Source: Balanoglossus misakiensis
Lineage: Eukaryota; Animalia; Hemichordata
DNA length: 64,000 nucleotides
Assembly (NCBI GenBank): GCA_040954595.2
Contig: CM082576.2
Span: forward strand, 2,888,760-2,952,759
Reading direction: 5' to 3'
A program made the translations under genes and the position numbers. Below the pieces are notes generated by a model. That model did not search any database. It saw only the letters and a program-made list of their open reading frames with translations, and was not told the DNA's origin. Of the stretch, positions 51,401-64,000 are shown piece after piece (the first letter of the stretch is position 1; each line of letters opens with the position of its first letter).

Positions 51401-54400
51401 AAACATAGCAATCCATTTTGAAAACGCTGTGTCACAAAGTGCAAGGCATCGAGTATGTCGTTGTCAAGATCACTTTTGGAGTTGAATTGATGTGGAAAAA
51501 ATCGATAGAAAAAAGAGGAAATTAACCAATAAAGGGCCCTCAAAATTGTCATTTGTAATCTTGCCAGGGAAGAAACGTAATTGGAAGACAGGAGAGTCTT
51601 GGAATGAGGTTGTCCTGAAATTGCTGCAGCAATTTCAGGACAGGTTTTTACTAAAACTGCTTCCTTCATTATGCAGACGTGTCGACCTGACCGTTATATA
51701 CGCGTTTGAAAGACCGGAACTCGTTTTAATGCGTCCAGTGTTACTATTGCCTATTTTGACATTAAGACTATTGAAATTCTTTACTTGAAGACTGGATAAC
51801 TCATTATCAATTTTAACAAGGCCCTGCTATCAAATGTGACAACGAATTTTCTACCATTTCTTAGTCTAATAACAGATACGTCAACATCTAAAAGCCAAAA
51901 TGACGCTTATCACAAAACGAAATGTCCAAGGCCTCTTACTCGTCATCCAGGTACAATTGCAGGTGACAACTGTTCATATTTTTTATGACGACGAAACAGT
52001 GAGACTTAATTAAACTCGTTAAAGTAATAAAATTGACATTTCAGAGTGACGTCTTAACGAAGCCCTCTTGACGGTGAAAGATTTGACTTTTGACATGGCG
52101 CGCATGCTCAACCTGTTCCTGGTGTAGTTGCCAGTCCATATTAACGTCAGCGTTATTTATTTATACGTTTTCAAAATAAACCCTGAATATAATATCTGGC
52201 GACAACGCCAACCTTTACTACTGGCTTAGCAAAATTTGCAAAAAAAATTATTTGAACTATTTGCGAACAATAAATATAACTTCCATGTTTATATTTGGGG
52301 AAATGAGTATACACGGAGCACATTTTGCTGTTCATCACGTGATCCCTGCTCTCCAGATCATGTCCACTGAGTTGACAAATATTATAGTGAATTATTTCTT
52401 AAAGATATCGCGCTTGTACAACGCTCGTCGATGAACAGAATATTTTGCCTTTAACAGCCCCCCCCCCCCACCCCGGGGGGATAGGTTTCTCCAAATTCGC
52501 CGAGACCTGCATTAGTATCATTTTCACGCAAGTGTCTGGTATTGACAAATTCGCAGTTCAGGTCAATAGCTTTTTGTTTACTCACGGCAAACCACGACAT
52601 CTGCTCACCGGAACCGGAGCCAAAATGTCAAACGGATCAATGCTTACAAGAGGAAAAATGCCACAGGTTTTGCCTCGATATATATTAAAAAAAAGAGGAA
52701 GATAGCTCGCAAGAGTGCATTATATTTTTATCGGTTGTGAGTCAAGCCCCCCGGCCATGCCTTCAAGTTCCCCTACGCACTGTTGTTCACGAAGCACTTC
52801 ATGCATTATGTAGTTACCTTAATGGTGAACCGAGGTATGTCTTTATGATAACAAACAATGTTATTTTCTTATGCAGCACATTTGGTTGTTTCCTTTAATT
52901 TCCCTGGGTACTATATTTTAAAACAGCGAGTGAGATCTGATCAGCAATAGTAATTCTTCGAAGTTTTTTTTTTACAATCAACACGTACCTGTGGGTTAAG
53001 AAGCGCCATCTACGTTACGAGTATCTCACTGATTTTGGTTCTGTAAGTGCTTTATAATTAAAAATAGCTTGCATGCAATTTTGTTTTCATCGTGAAAGAC
53101 TGACTTGCAACTTAGGATGCTTAGAGAAGGAATGAGAACTTTTAGAAATCATTATTTCTGTCTGATGAGAGATGAAGGCTGTTCGGACTGTTTACCTGAT
53201 TGCTTATTGCCTGTCTGTGGCATGTGCATTCGAAAATCTCGGCGTGTGATTTATTGAATACAAGAAGGTCGTACGACTGCCGTGACCTCTCTGCAAATGT
53301 TACCTGTTATCATAATAAATGTCTTTGCGATCCGTCACCAGCGTGGAATAAGTCAAAAGTGTGTGTGCCCAGAACGAATTTTATGTGAAGTGGGGCTCAG
53401 ACGCAACGCACGGGGGATTGACAGTTGCGCGCCATTTTCAATATTTATCGGCGCTGAAATGCGAGCCATAATTCACGGTAGCATCACGCTGGCCGTGATG
53501 TTTGTCCTGCTATGACCTCACTGAGTATACGTGCATGCTCGGAGGCGATGAAAACACAAATCAACCGAGTGACCTTTCAGCTAGCGTCTTCTGTGAGGTT
53601 TCATGGGAAACAACCGTCTTTTATCAAGTTTCCGACGAGCAAATGCACCGCGCAGTTTCCGAGAAAAAAAATAGAGCACGGACGATGATGCGTGCGTGCG
53701 CTTGGAGGGGGGTAACCACGCTATCAGTCACGTACTGAAGTTTGAATTAAAGATACAACAGCGATCACAAACTTGATGGCACATGACTTTATGATGGGCA
53801 TTTCATAAAACATTCATAGAATCATTTCGCTTGGGCATATCTGATGTTTTCCCTTTCTCGGGCATCCTAATTACTGACACCTGCGTCCAAAACGCTCCTC
53901 GATCACAGCCATCTTCTGTCCAGTGCCTTCTTCTCAGTGATGATCATGGCACGGTGAAATGGAGCGCGATCACAGTCCGCATTACATGCATGATTATCTG
54001 AAATTTCAACTACTGTGTTGACACAGTCGCTACAGTTCACAATGTATGATCATAATTTGTTCAGGCGGGTTGCTTCTCCAGTATTTGTTGGAACGTGTGA
54101 GTATACATGTTCAATCTTTGCACCTTTATCCCCCTCAAAACATCGCGCCCTAAAAACTCGACTTCCACATTATCTGATATGCGGCAGTAATGAAAACAGA
54201 AAAGCGAAGTTTACTTGCAGTCATACATAGTTGTAGCCATAATAAATCAACAACTCAAAGTCTTTTCCTGCTAACGACCTGTTGTTATTAATAATATCTG
54301 CAAAAAACTAAACCGTCCGTTGACAAGATCACGACTTCCCGTCTGTCGTAAAGAAGATATCTAACGTAAAAGCGAAGGCTATATAGTACAAGGTGACCTC

Positions 54401-55945
54401 GAGTTAACGACTGTTCAGAGGATATGAGCAATCCTTCCTCTGACGTTTTGCCTCGAAGCGAAAAAAAACAGATGACATTATTATGAAACCATAACTTCAA
54501 CTTGCCATTAAAAGAATCACAACTTCATGCATCATTCAATGTTCCGTAAATACTCGTTGCTTAACTTCTTTGATCCGTGACGAAAGCCGGGGATTAGATT
54601 GGCGCGTCATGAGACGTAGCCGAGGCAACCGTTTTCGTCATGGCAATGTCGTGCGATACATTAGAGGGCCAAAAACCTGTATTCGTGAACAATGTCAATA
54701 ATCGAGATGTCTTGGGGCATAGCGACCTTGGCGTTGTTACGACAGCCAACGTGTTACATGGGGCGGATGGCTACACTCCTTTTTTGTCAAATATGTATCA
54801 AATAAAACCACACCACACACATCATCACATCACATGAAATTGAACATATGAAACAATTACAGTACATAATAGTATTATTTCTCACAATGTATCACAAAGA
54901 AAACATAATTATAACCAATGGGCTACTTTGGTGTGCATCAAGTGTATCAACATATGATCCTGTACCAATACGCATTTGCAAGGAAACATTCTGAAACGCA
55001 TTTTACAAAGAAATTCAATGCGAAAAGTTGCGAGAATAATTTCAAGTCAATCTTCGCCATGTAATGAAAAACGTGCTAAGTGTCCACTTTTTTCACCCCC
55101 TGTGCGAGGTTGCATCTAAGCAACTGCTCAGCAATCAGAAGCGACTTACAACCCGGGTCAAGTGATTGCAATGACGTCAATCTTGTTGGTTATGCCAATG
55201 GTATAAAAACAGTAAGTGCGCGCTCTCTTTTTCTCGTGACACTTGACGGGCACTATTACTGAATAAACGATTGCCAATCGTAATTTTATGTCGCCAACTT
55301 GACAACGGCGCGTTGATTGGATTTGACCTGACCGAGGCTCTGAACACAGATGTGGGGAGAGATGGCTTTGGTGTGAAGAGGAAAGCTTGTATATCTGAAT
55401 ATATCAAGATAAGAACTTCCAAAGTAGATCAGAAGGTGTTATTTGTATCCCATAATATGTAAATGGGCAAAGTCGGTGCGCACTGCACATTTTCTTCTCC
55501 ATCTAATCTGTTTAATAGCTAAGTTCGTATAACAATCCAAAATACATGTATATAAGCTTATCAGATGGACACTTATTCAGGTTATTTTTGCCTCACTCAA
55601 TAAGTAAAACATCGTGGGCAATAGACACCCATAGATTGGTTTATGGTAATTTGGTTGGCCATTATAAGATCCAACGTTTGACGTAGACGCCCTGCTTGAG
55701 TGGCAATATAGTGTCAAAGGTTCGGTGTTTCTTACTAAGATAACCACACTTCATTTCCTTAACCGTGAATGACTCTCTTTGAGCTTATTACTCACACAAT
55801 CAATTTATTTGAGATATTTATATACATGGCTTTGGCGGAAACCAAAAGCATGAATGCGTGAATACGCAGAGTGACTCAAGGGTATGGATTAGAAGATTTG
55901 GAAGAAGAAAAGCATGGATTATATTCCGTGAAGCCACACTCAGCA

Positions 55946-55947
<2 letters not shown>

Positions 55948-56020
<73 letters not shown>
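55948..56020 (+). repeat. (TGTC)n microsatellite, ~17 units
   Basis: tgtctgtctgtc... read directly. Confidence 0.95.
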
Positions 56021-56922
56021 GACGGTCGCTGCCCTCTGTCTCGCTAAATTTCTGTTTGCCTCAATATATTATATTATACGCTTACAGTCTATCAGCTTGT
56101 GAATGCGTGGGGCAGATCTGACTTCAAGCGAGCCCAGAGGGTTCATGAACTTGGCATTCCAATCCGATCTTCCCTGATAGTTGAAAATGCATTTGAGCCG
56201 ATAATAGCGGAACATAATTGAAAAATAACTTGCTCACTCAATAGAAACACTGTCGTGTGTGATTTCTGCGCTATCTTTGTTTTCGTTTGGATACACGCGA
56301 GAAACCGCTGACTGCCGGTGTATTGCTTTTGATTCATGTATATACGGTTACTATCATAGATAACACTCTCAGCGTGATTCAGTTCGCATGCCCGCGGGAC
56401 ATGTAAACGTAATGTATCACACACAGATATGTTTTGCATTTCCCGTAGATTGTACTACAATGTCATAGAAATCGGTCTGCGTATTGAGAGAGCATCTTTC
56501 AGCGATTGCTCTGCATAGATTTCGCGGAGTCTATCATTTCTGTCCCCATTTCCTTTTTCTGACCGCCTTCTGATCACCGTCACAGCTTGCTACCAATACA
56601 CTGGAAAGGGAAACGTCGCCCAGTCTAAAAAATGACTTCTTTAATTCTAACGTAATGTTTCTACCCGAGGTCGGGTTCAGAAAGGTCGGCATTGCAGCGA
56701 TGCAATCTTCCAGGGAATTCGTATTAATACGGTATAAACCAAGTGTGACGTGAGCGGCATAACTTTTTTTCTTTTCTTTAAATAGAAGCTCTTGTTTAAG
56801 GTGATGAATTCCTTCTGAATAAATCCGTATTAAGAGCCCGGTAGTCGGCATCTAAACTTGTCTACTTATGAATGATGCCCTACGTTATTAAGGAAGATAG
56901 CGCCGGAGTTGCTCTTAAAATA

Positions 56923-56936
56923 GTTTCCATGGTGAC
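56923..56936. promoter_or_regulatory. RFX X-box-like motif
   Basis: GTTTCCATGGTGAC, one deviation from GTTNCCATGGNAAC. Confidence 0.4.
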
Positions 56937-57415
56937 GGTTTTGTCTGTACACTCTGTTTTAGAGGAAAATAAATTACTTAACAGGGGAACGTCAGAGGTA
57001 CTGGATATAGCGTCGTACTTTCAATTGACATCCAATAAATCCATTTGATTCTTGCGAGTTGCGATGAAGATACTTTCTGGGCAGGTCAGATATCACGCGG
57101 CTTGCTTGATCTTTGTGGAATGGGAGAGACCATCACACTTTGTTTCCTTAAAAAGTCGCCTTTCGTTTTACTACCATAGCCACAAAATGCTTTACTGTCT
57201 GTCAAAGCACGTTAAATTCTCTCATTTGTGCGGAACTCAGATTTTCGTCGCGTCGGCTGTGTACAGGCACCAACCCGGTTCTTGCACGTGCACGTGTCTG
57301 GAATGTCAAGGCTTTTCAGTGACTCGACACTACAGTTTGTGACGCTGTTTACCGTGCGAAGGATTGTTGTAAAAGCCGCAAAAAAGCGCACGGAAATTCA
57401 GCAACAGAGACTGTT

Positions 57416-57456
57416 AACACCACCACCACCAACAACACCACCACCAACAACAACAA
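57416..57456 (+). repeat. (CAC)/(CAA) trinucleotide repeat
   Basis: aacaccaccaccaccaacaacaccaccaccaacaacaacaa. Confidence 0.85.
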
Positions 57457-60400
57457 TCTTAGAAACACTGTGCAAGATCCGAATAGAAATACGCATATCA
57501 TTCATCAATAACAGCAAAACAATGTTGAATCGAACCTCGGCAACACGGATTGGCCAGGCAGTTTCTCACCAGACCATCGCAATCAACACCCTCTTTGACA
57601 TTCCATTGACATGACATTGGGCTTTCATACACGGACAGTGCGAATATACACACACCTGCCGAGCTCGGATTCCAGCGCAAGATTACAAAACAACCGCGTG
57701 CCACACAGGGCCATTTTCAATTTGAAATGCATGGATGCACGCTGATTATATAATGGTACTCCAAAAACATCTGATCACCTTCTAATGTCTGAAAAATCTA
57801 GCAGAGCAACAACTGCAGTGCTGTGAGGCATGACTTTTCCTTTCAGACTTATGATCGCTTATCTCTCTCCATTTCCCATCAACCGCGCAAATAGTCTGTG
57901 TAAGACCAATGGTATTTCGGTTGGTTGTATTTTGGCAAATGCCAAGCCTCAGGCGAACGACAAATTTCCTTGTGGACGACATTTTGCGCTATATGGCGAC
58001 AAAAGATTGCGTTGGGACTGAAAAAAGCGGTACAAATTTTGCGCGCCGTTCGAGGCCTTCAGTTGACTGCAGTCACTCAGACTTCTACAAGCGTGCTCTG
58101 AATATGGCGCTCTAGCGTCACGTGACAGTGCCTGGTCTGCTCTAAAAATGAGTTCCGTCAGATTAACGACGCGACTCAGGAACCCCATTCGTCATCATGA
58201 TGTCATTTCGTATCGTAATGTAAAGTTATAGAAATGCAATGAGACACCGAAACTCCGCATTGCTATGGTAACAGTCGAGGCTGATCAAGTCAAGCGCGAT
58301 CGGTCGGCCGCAAAGTCACTTTCATTTCGCAACCTGTGTCGACCAGGAAAATTACGTTACATTATGGGCTTCAAGTTCAACTACAAGCCTATTCCAACGA
58401 CGTCCAATAATCGTTTCATAAATAAAATACAAATTCGGATGATTATTGAGAACAGGATTAATAAATCGACCGCGAAATATCCACTCGAATGCTTCAATTG
58501 CGCAGAATTGCGTCATTATACCTATATATAGGTGCGGGCATTGGACACAAAACAGTCCCATTGCTATTTATCCTCTGTAGACGTAACAAAGGCTCGTTCA
58601 TCGTAAATAATCCATTTAATAATAAAAAGCCAACGGAGTTCGGGTTAGCCGACACTCCCCGCGTCGTATGAAATGCGGGGAACCGCAAAGTGGTCCCGCG
58701 ATGACATTCATTAAATTCCAATATTCATTCGTAAAAAAATATTCCGGCCATAGATCAATAAAACGAGGCAAAGTAGGAAAACACCGTCAGCTTAACATGC
58801 GCTTTGGTCGGCGAAAACGTCAATTTCCTGTCGCTGAATTTTTATTGCAAGCAAAATGCTTAAATCCAATTTAAGTAAGACTTCGACTAAAAGGAGGGAG
58901 GCAATAACTGGCTGCACCCTTAATTACTAATCCAAAGTCACAGTGATTAACCCTGTGTCTACTACGACCATTACAGTCAGCGACTTTACTTTTTATTTAA
59001 AAACAGCTGTATTTAAGAGAACCCACTACAGATCGCAATAACTTACTTTACAGAGTCAGACGGAGGAAGTGCTTGATGTTAAAGATGTATAAAGCGAGGC
59101 CGCCCCTACACGTACAACGAGTCACTCGTAGTTAGGCTGAAGTCGGCGGGCAGAATGCACATAAACGCCGGGGCGCTGTCGAGAGATAACGGAGTTACCC
59201 CACTACACGGACCCAGTAATGTCAATAGGTTCGCTGAGATCCATTCATGCTGACGTGAACAGGAAAATGTGAAGTGTAGGACGCGTTTGTCGGCAGACGA
59301 AAGAGAAGCCGTGCTCGACAGAGAATGATGACTTATCGCTTTGTTTCGCGGTTACTTTGACAACTAAATTATGAATGATACATAAGACTAGTGCTCCTCG
59401 TTAACTTTTTTGCAATGAACGCCAATTCGATGATTGGCCTAGCGCAGAAAAGTTTGCGGCTGAGTGATACGCGTCACAAATCCCGAACCCATACTATATC
59501 TGAAGAAACCTAAAACAATGTCTTAAAGAATGCAATCATTTCACCTACTGCTATCTCGCTCCCTTAACCAGCAGCTGCTGTCGTTACATCGGTTTCCAGA
59601 AATACTCCCGAAAGGACGTCCTTTTTACGTATGCCGCACAGTTTGCGAATCTAGAAAGATGCACAACATCTGTGTCGAAGGTCTCAGTGAATAAGAAGTA
59701 ATGCGCTCAAACCATGATGCAATTACTTACATTGGAGGAGGCCAGGGGTTCTCTTTCCACGGCGGTATGACACGGAAAACACAGTTTCGGCAGCGTCTCT
59801 GGGAACCTTCTGAAAATGTGACTAACCACGCAGGAATGCAAGCGGCATCGCTCTGACCACTAAACTGAGCGATAATGCTAACCCAAGCGGCTTTAACTTT
59901 TTTTATTAAATACATTCTGTACGCCAAACTTAATTCGAAATCAGAATACCGTATTCAATTAAATTTGCTTTTCAGGCGTGCACAACTCTCCGAAGAGATC
60001 ACACACTCGCTTGTGCGCATTGTGCCTGGCTATCAGGCGGCCTATCTTCCCTTTGTCCAGGGTAATTATCGTTTTCAAACATCAAAATCCGGTATCTTTT
60101 TTGGAGGATAATTGAGATCATAAATAACATGAATAGTCTCATTTTGTATGGCTTTATGGGGACAAAATTAACTGTATACACGGGCTAAGACTCCAAATAA
60201 ACCACTAACACGATTACTAACACCATCAAAAGCTTTTTACCGTCTCCAACTCTTTGAGACAGATAAGTGCGGCGATTTACTCCCATACAATTGCACAAAA
60301 AATGGATTAGAAGCTCAAAGCGGTTAGATAGATCTGTTGCGTCTTTCCAAAAACTTTTTTTCAGCTGGTTCTAATAAGATAACGCGCAAAATATCAAAGA

Positions 60401-63400
60401 CCGTTTTGTATTTCCTCTCTTCGGGCGACCATTTGCATCAGTGAATTGTGAATTCACAGATTCATCCCGTTGTTAGTATTTCATGCAGCTTCACAAAAAT
60501 ACACACATGGGTATAATTAGACTCTTCTGTGGATACTGGGAGTGTATCTTGTTTAGTCCGTGTATAATGCAGTCACAACCATGTGTGGCGCTACAAGCTA
60601 ATTATTTCCGAGTCGACTCAGAGTGGTCCCCTCAATAGCTCGCTGAAAAACGTATTCCGGGGTTGATGAATACCGTGCAAGTGCATTATGGGGGCTTAAT
60701 TTAAAGTCGCCGCGATTACATCTCGGTCTGGATATTACCGTGGCATGATGACTGCTGCCATTTTTTCTCGTGGTTAACGACTTTTGGTAGCGTGGTCTGA
60801 TTGGCTCAATATCTCTTGATTGTCCCGGAATGAGAACCTAGAAACGTTGGCAATCAGCACGAATACCGTCCTTATTTCTCTTCCCATTAACAATAAAGCA
60901 GATAGTCATGCAGGCATATCGGCGTTATTCGAAAGGTTCCATACTTTATGATGCCAGAGCCCTAATCAAGCAATCAGTCAATTTACGCTATGGACAGAAT
61001 TTTTTTCTGTTTTCTGTGAATGGATGCACGTGAGAAGACCTGGAACCCAGTTTGTTTCTAATGTTCTGAAACGATCTCAGGGGTTCTTGAATTGATTGAC
61101 TTCAATGCATTTCAATTCACTTCACGGAGAAACATTTCGCGCAAACAATTCTGGGAAGAACTGCATGAAATTGGGACTCGGCGACCCCAAATGCTAGCAG
61201 ACATCATCAGAATTATCGGCTTGTATGCAATGGACGAATTAGTCAACTATCGCAGATGACACCCGATTCGTAAGTGAAGATTTGTACATGTATCTAAATT
61301 ACGATGTGTCTCCCCACCACAATCGCTCTTGTTAACACAATAATTGGTGTTACTCAATACTGACAGAGCGGAATTCAAGATAGATGTCTGGATATCTGAC
61401 CCCGAACGGTCAAATAAAACCAGATATGAAATGAATATGCCCACGGAATTCGATATTAAATATTGAAAATGGGGACATTAGCCATGAATTATGAAATCAT
61501 TGGCTCCAGCGATTTTAATAAAATATAGTGCTGTAACTCTGGATTTATAGCGACAATCAGCGGCATAATTGGCCGATAATTAATATGGCATGAGATCATG
61601 TCATCCATAGAAAGTTTCATCAAGAAATTGTATAGCACAATGTTATCTGATGCTCTCTACAGTGAACAATTATAAGAATTTTTTTTATCTTGATCTTGAA
61701 AATAAGAACTTCATAATTAATATAAATGCCTGTCTTTTCCCGTGTTCATTAGGCTAAACTAATCAGCTTCAAATCGAAGTTCAGCCCACGGTAATTACGC
61801 AATGGATAATTGAGTAAGGCTTGTGTCAAATTGTATTTTAATCGCATTTAGCGCGGCCGTTCCCCAACAACATGATCGTAAATCAATTATATGATACTTG
61901 CAGTCACGTTCAGTAATGAACACTTGGTTGGTTCTTTCGTGTGGATTTCATTGGGTATATCATGTTTTGGGCAGACCTTGGTGACTCGCTATCATTTAAG
62001 TCTGAAATGGGACATTCCGATTCGAACATAAATTGTTTATTACTCTGTAGTGACAAGTACAATCACCTATATACAAGATACGTTGATATCACAGTGAAAC
62101 AAGATATAGCTATGTTTTTTTTCTCTGAAATATGCGTACGCATATATTCAGATGTTGAGATAACTTCGGATAGACTTGGGCGGTATTGACAGCACCTAGC
62201 CCGATTACTTGTTAAAAGCATTAGCGGTATTCGGCCTTTGTATATAACACAACAGCAGAAGACTTTGAGAGCCATAGATACAGGTCGGGATATCAAAATG
62301 TCAAAAAAGTGTCTGAAAACTCGGCTGATTAACCCCCGCACTCTGTCTATCTGCCCGCCGCGACAGGGAAACCCCGAGAGAGTCTAGAGTAATGGTGCTA
62401 ATGTTATCTGTGCGCTGGTCTCGTGGGGGTCTTCGGCGGTGGGGGAAATCGGAGGAGAAACGATAAAAAAGGCACTCTCAGGTCTAGACGCCGCAGATTA
62501 CGGATGCCAAATGCTAATGACGCGAAAGGCAGGTCAAGCGAAAACTATCAATATAAAGAAACACAACCAACAGCTGCAAAAAGGGGTTAGAAACAGATCA
62601 ACAAACGGGAAGTGACAGTCATAAAATGTATTAATGCCATCGGAAGATTGTCTTAATAGTTAAGCTTAGATTCTGCGGCTCGTCGTAGGAATCACGTGTT
62701 TGCCGGAACGGAAGATAAACCGTATTGCCTTAGGCAAATGCAGACAATGGCTCGTCTGGCAATGGCTTTCTGAACGAGCACTCTCACTTTCGACCTACTT
62801 TCTGGTACAGTTGCTGACTTATCGAAGCTGCCGTTTCCCTCATCATCTGGGTTAACCCCCCCCCCATTATGCACACATGGTCGTTCCCGACACTCAAGGC
62901 AAATGGCAAATGAAGCTAACGTAACAATTTGGTACAGTCTCAAAGAACTACCAAAGGTGAAACAGAATCTTGCGAGATGAATCACTTTCTCTAGAGAAGC
63001 AGTGTTGCATTCAGACAGAGACTTCTCGCCCTGAAAACATCTAACAAAGCCCTGCGGATCGGACAGCGAAGATCAATATATGCGATACCATCGACGAGTT
63101 GTTAGAATTACATAAACCCGGCGGAGACCTCACAATTACAGACAAAAGTGTGTAGCAGATACAAGAATTCATTCCCATGGGTTATATTGTATTTGTTTCG
63201 CCTGCCCGGCGACAAAATATGCACGTAACAGACTGTTCTGACTTTCATGGCGCGAGAATGCCATGCAGATAGGCGATTTTCCCCTCAAGATCAGCGGAAC
63301 TGCTCAGGAACCCAATCCTGCAGAAAACTGCCTCCTAATAGCTCATACAAAGTATGCGTACGCTTGTCGGAGTGATAACATCACACGCCATCATAGTTGC

Positions 63401-64000
63401 GAGACATGTTTCATTTGCAAAATGCAGGCTTTTTACAACGTATAGTTGCATGATATACGCCCGCTGGGTATAGTCCGTCGGCTGTTTATCTGCTACATTG
63501 GTGGTGAGTACATGAGCAATTGAACGATTCTTTCGCTTCGATGGAGGTTGTCCTGAATCAGAAAAGTACAAGCATGTATCTCTTTTCTGCTAACCCTTCT
63601 GCAAGACCACACCAGGTCCATTATACCTTCAATTTTGCTCGATGCACGGTGGAAGCTTTAATGTTAGATAATAATATTCCACGTGGCATCCACACGACTC
63701 GCAGACAATTTCGCACTTAAGGGGATGAAGTTCTTCATATCGGAAAATGGCGCCTCTGTGCGTTGTGGCATCATTGTCTTCTCGTAACCAGGACGGCAGG
63801 GAATCGTCGTTAAAACACTTTTTTTCCGCGCCATCAATCACTAGACTTCGATATTAGCGTCACTGGGAATAACGAGAGACACGTTCTCGAATATGTACCT
63901 TGTCAATAGAAAACTGACTTGGCCATGTTTACACCGGCAGTATATCCAAACAGCGAAATATTCAAGTGGCTATAAAAGTAAGTTCGCTTTCAAAATCTAA

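Noticed and set aside
51542-51556. 15-bp match to monomer B (also 24895-24909, and a 12-bp A match near 63338)
   Set aside because: Short and AT-rich with no flanking similarity; compatible with chance.

Overview
Eukaryotic (animal, probably invertebrate; CpG not depleted) genomic DNA, largely non-coding, with two dominant features. (1) A ~14.9-kb composite repeat element at 3626-18554. Its core is exactly 166 tandem copies of an AT-rich 87-bp monomer ('B', 3964-18406). This core is bracketed by inverted arms made of a different but homologous ~86-bp monomer ('A'): about 4 copies forward on the left and about 1.75 copies reverse-complemented on the right. The layout resembles a foldback transposon. 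One minus-strand frame of B is stop-free, which produces the 29-aa-repeat ORFs of up to 2460 aa in the ORF track. (2) A single-coding-exon class A aminergic GPCR on the minus strand (22470-23885, 471 aa). It has a muscarinic-type backbone but a non-canonical binding pocket (C3.36/T3.37, S6.52) and DRL instead of DRY. A splice acceptor and a tiny overlapping uORF precede it. The remaining ~40 kb looks like intron/intergenic DNA with microsatellites, several RFX X-box motifs and a candidate non-coding first exon/promoter near 29.2-29.6 kb. I recognised no rRNA, tRNA, CRISPR or transposase/RT gene.
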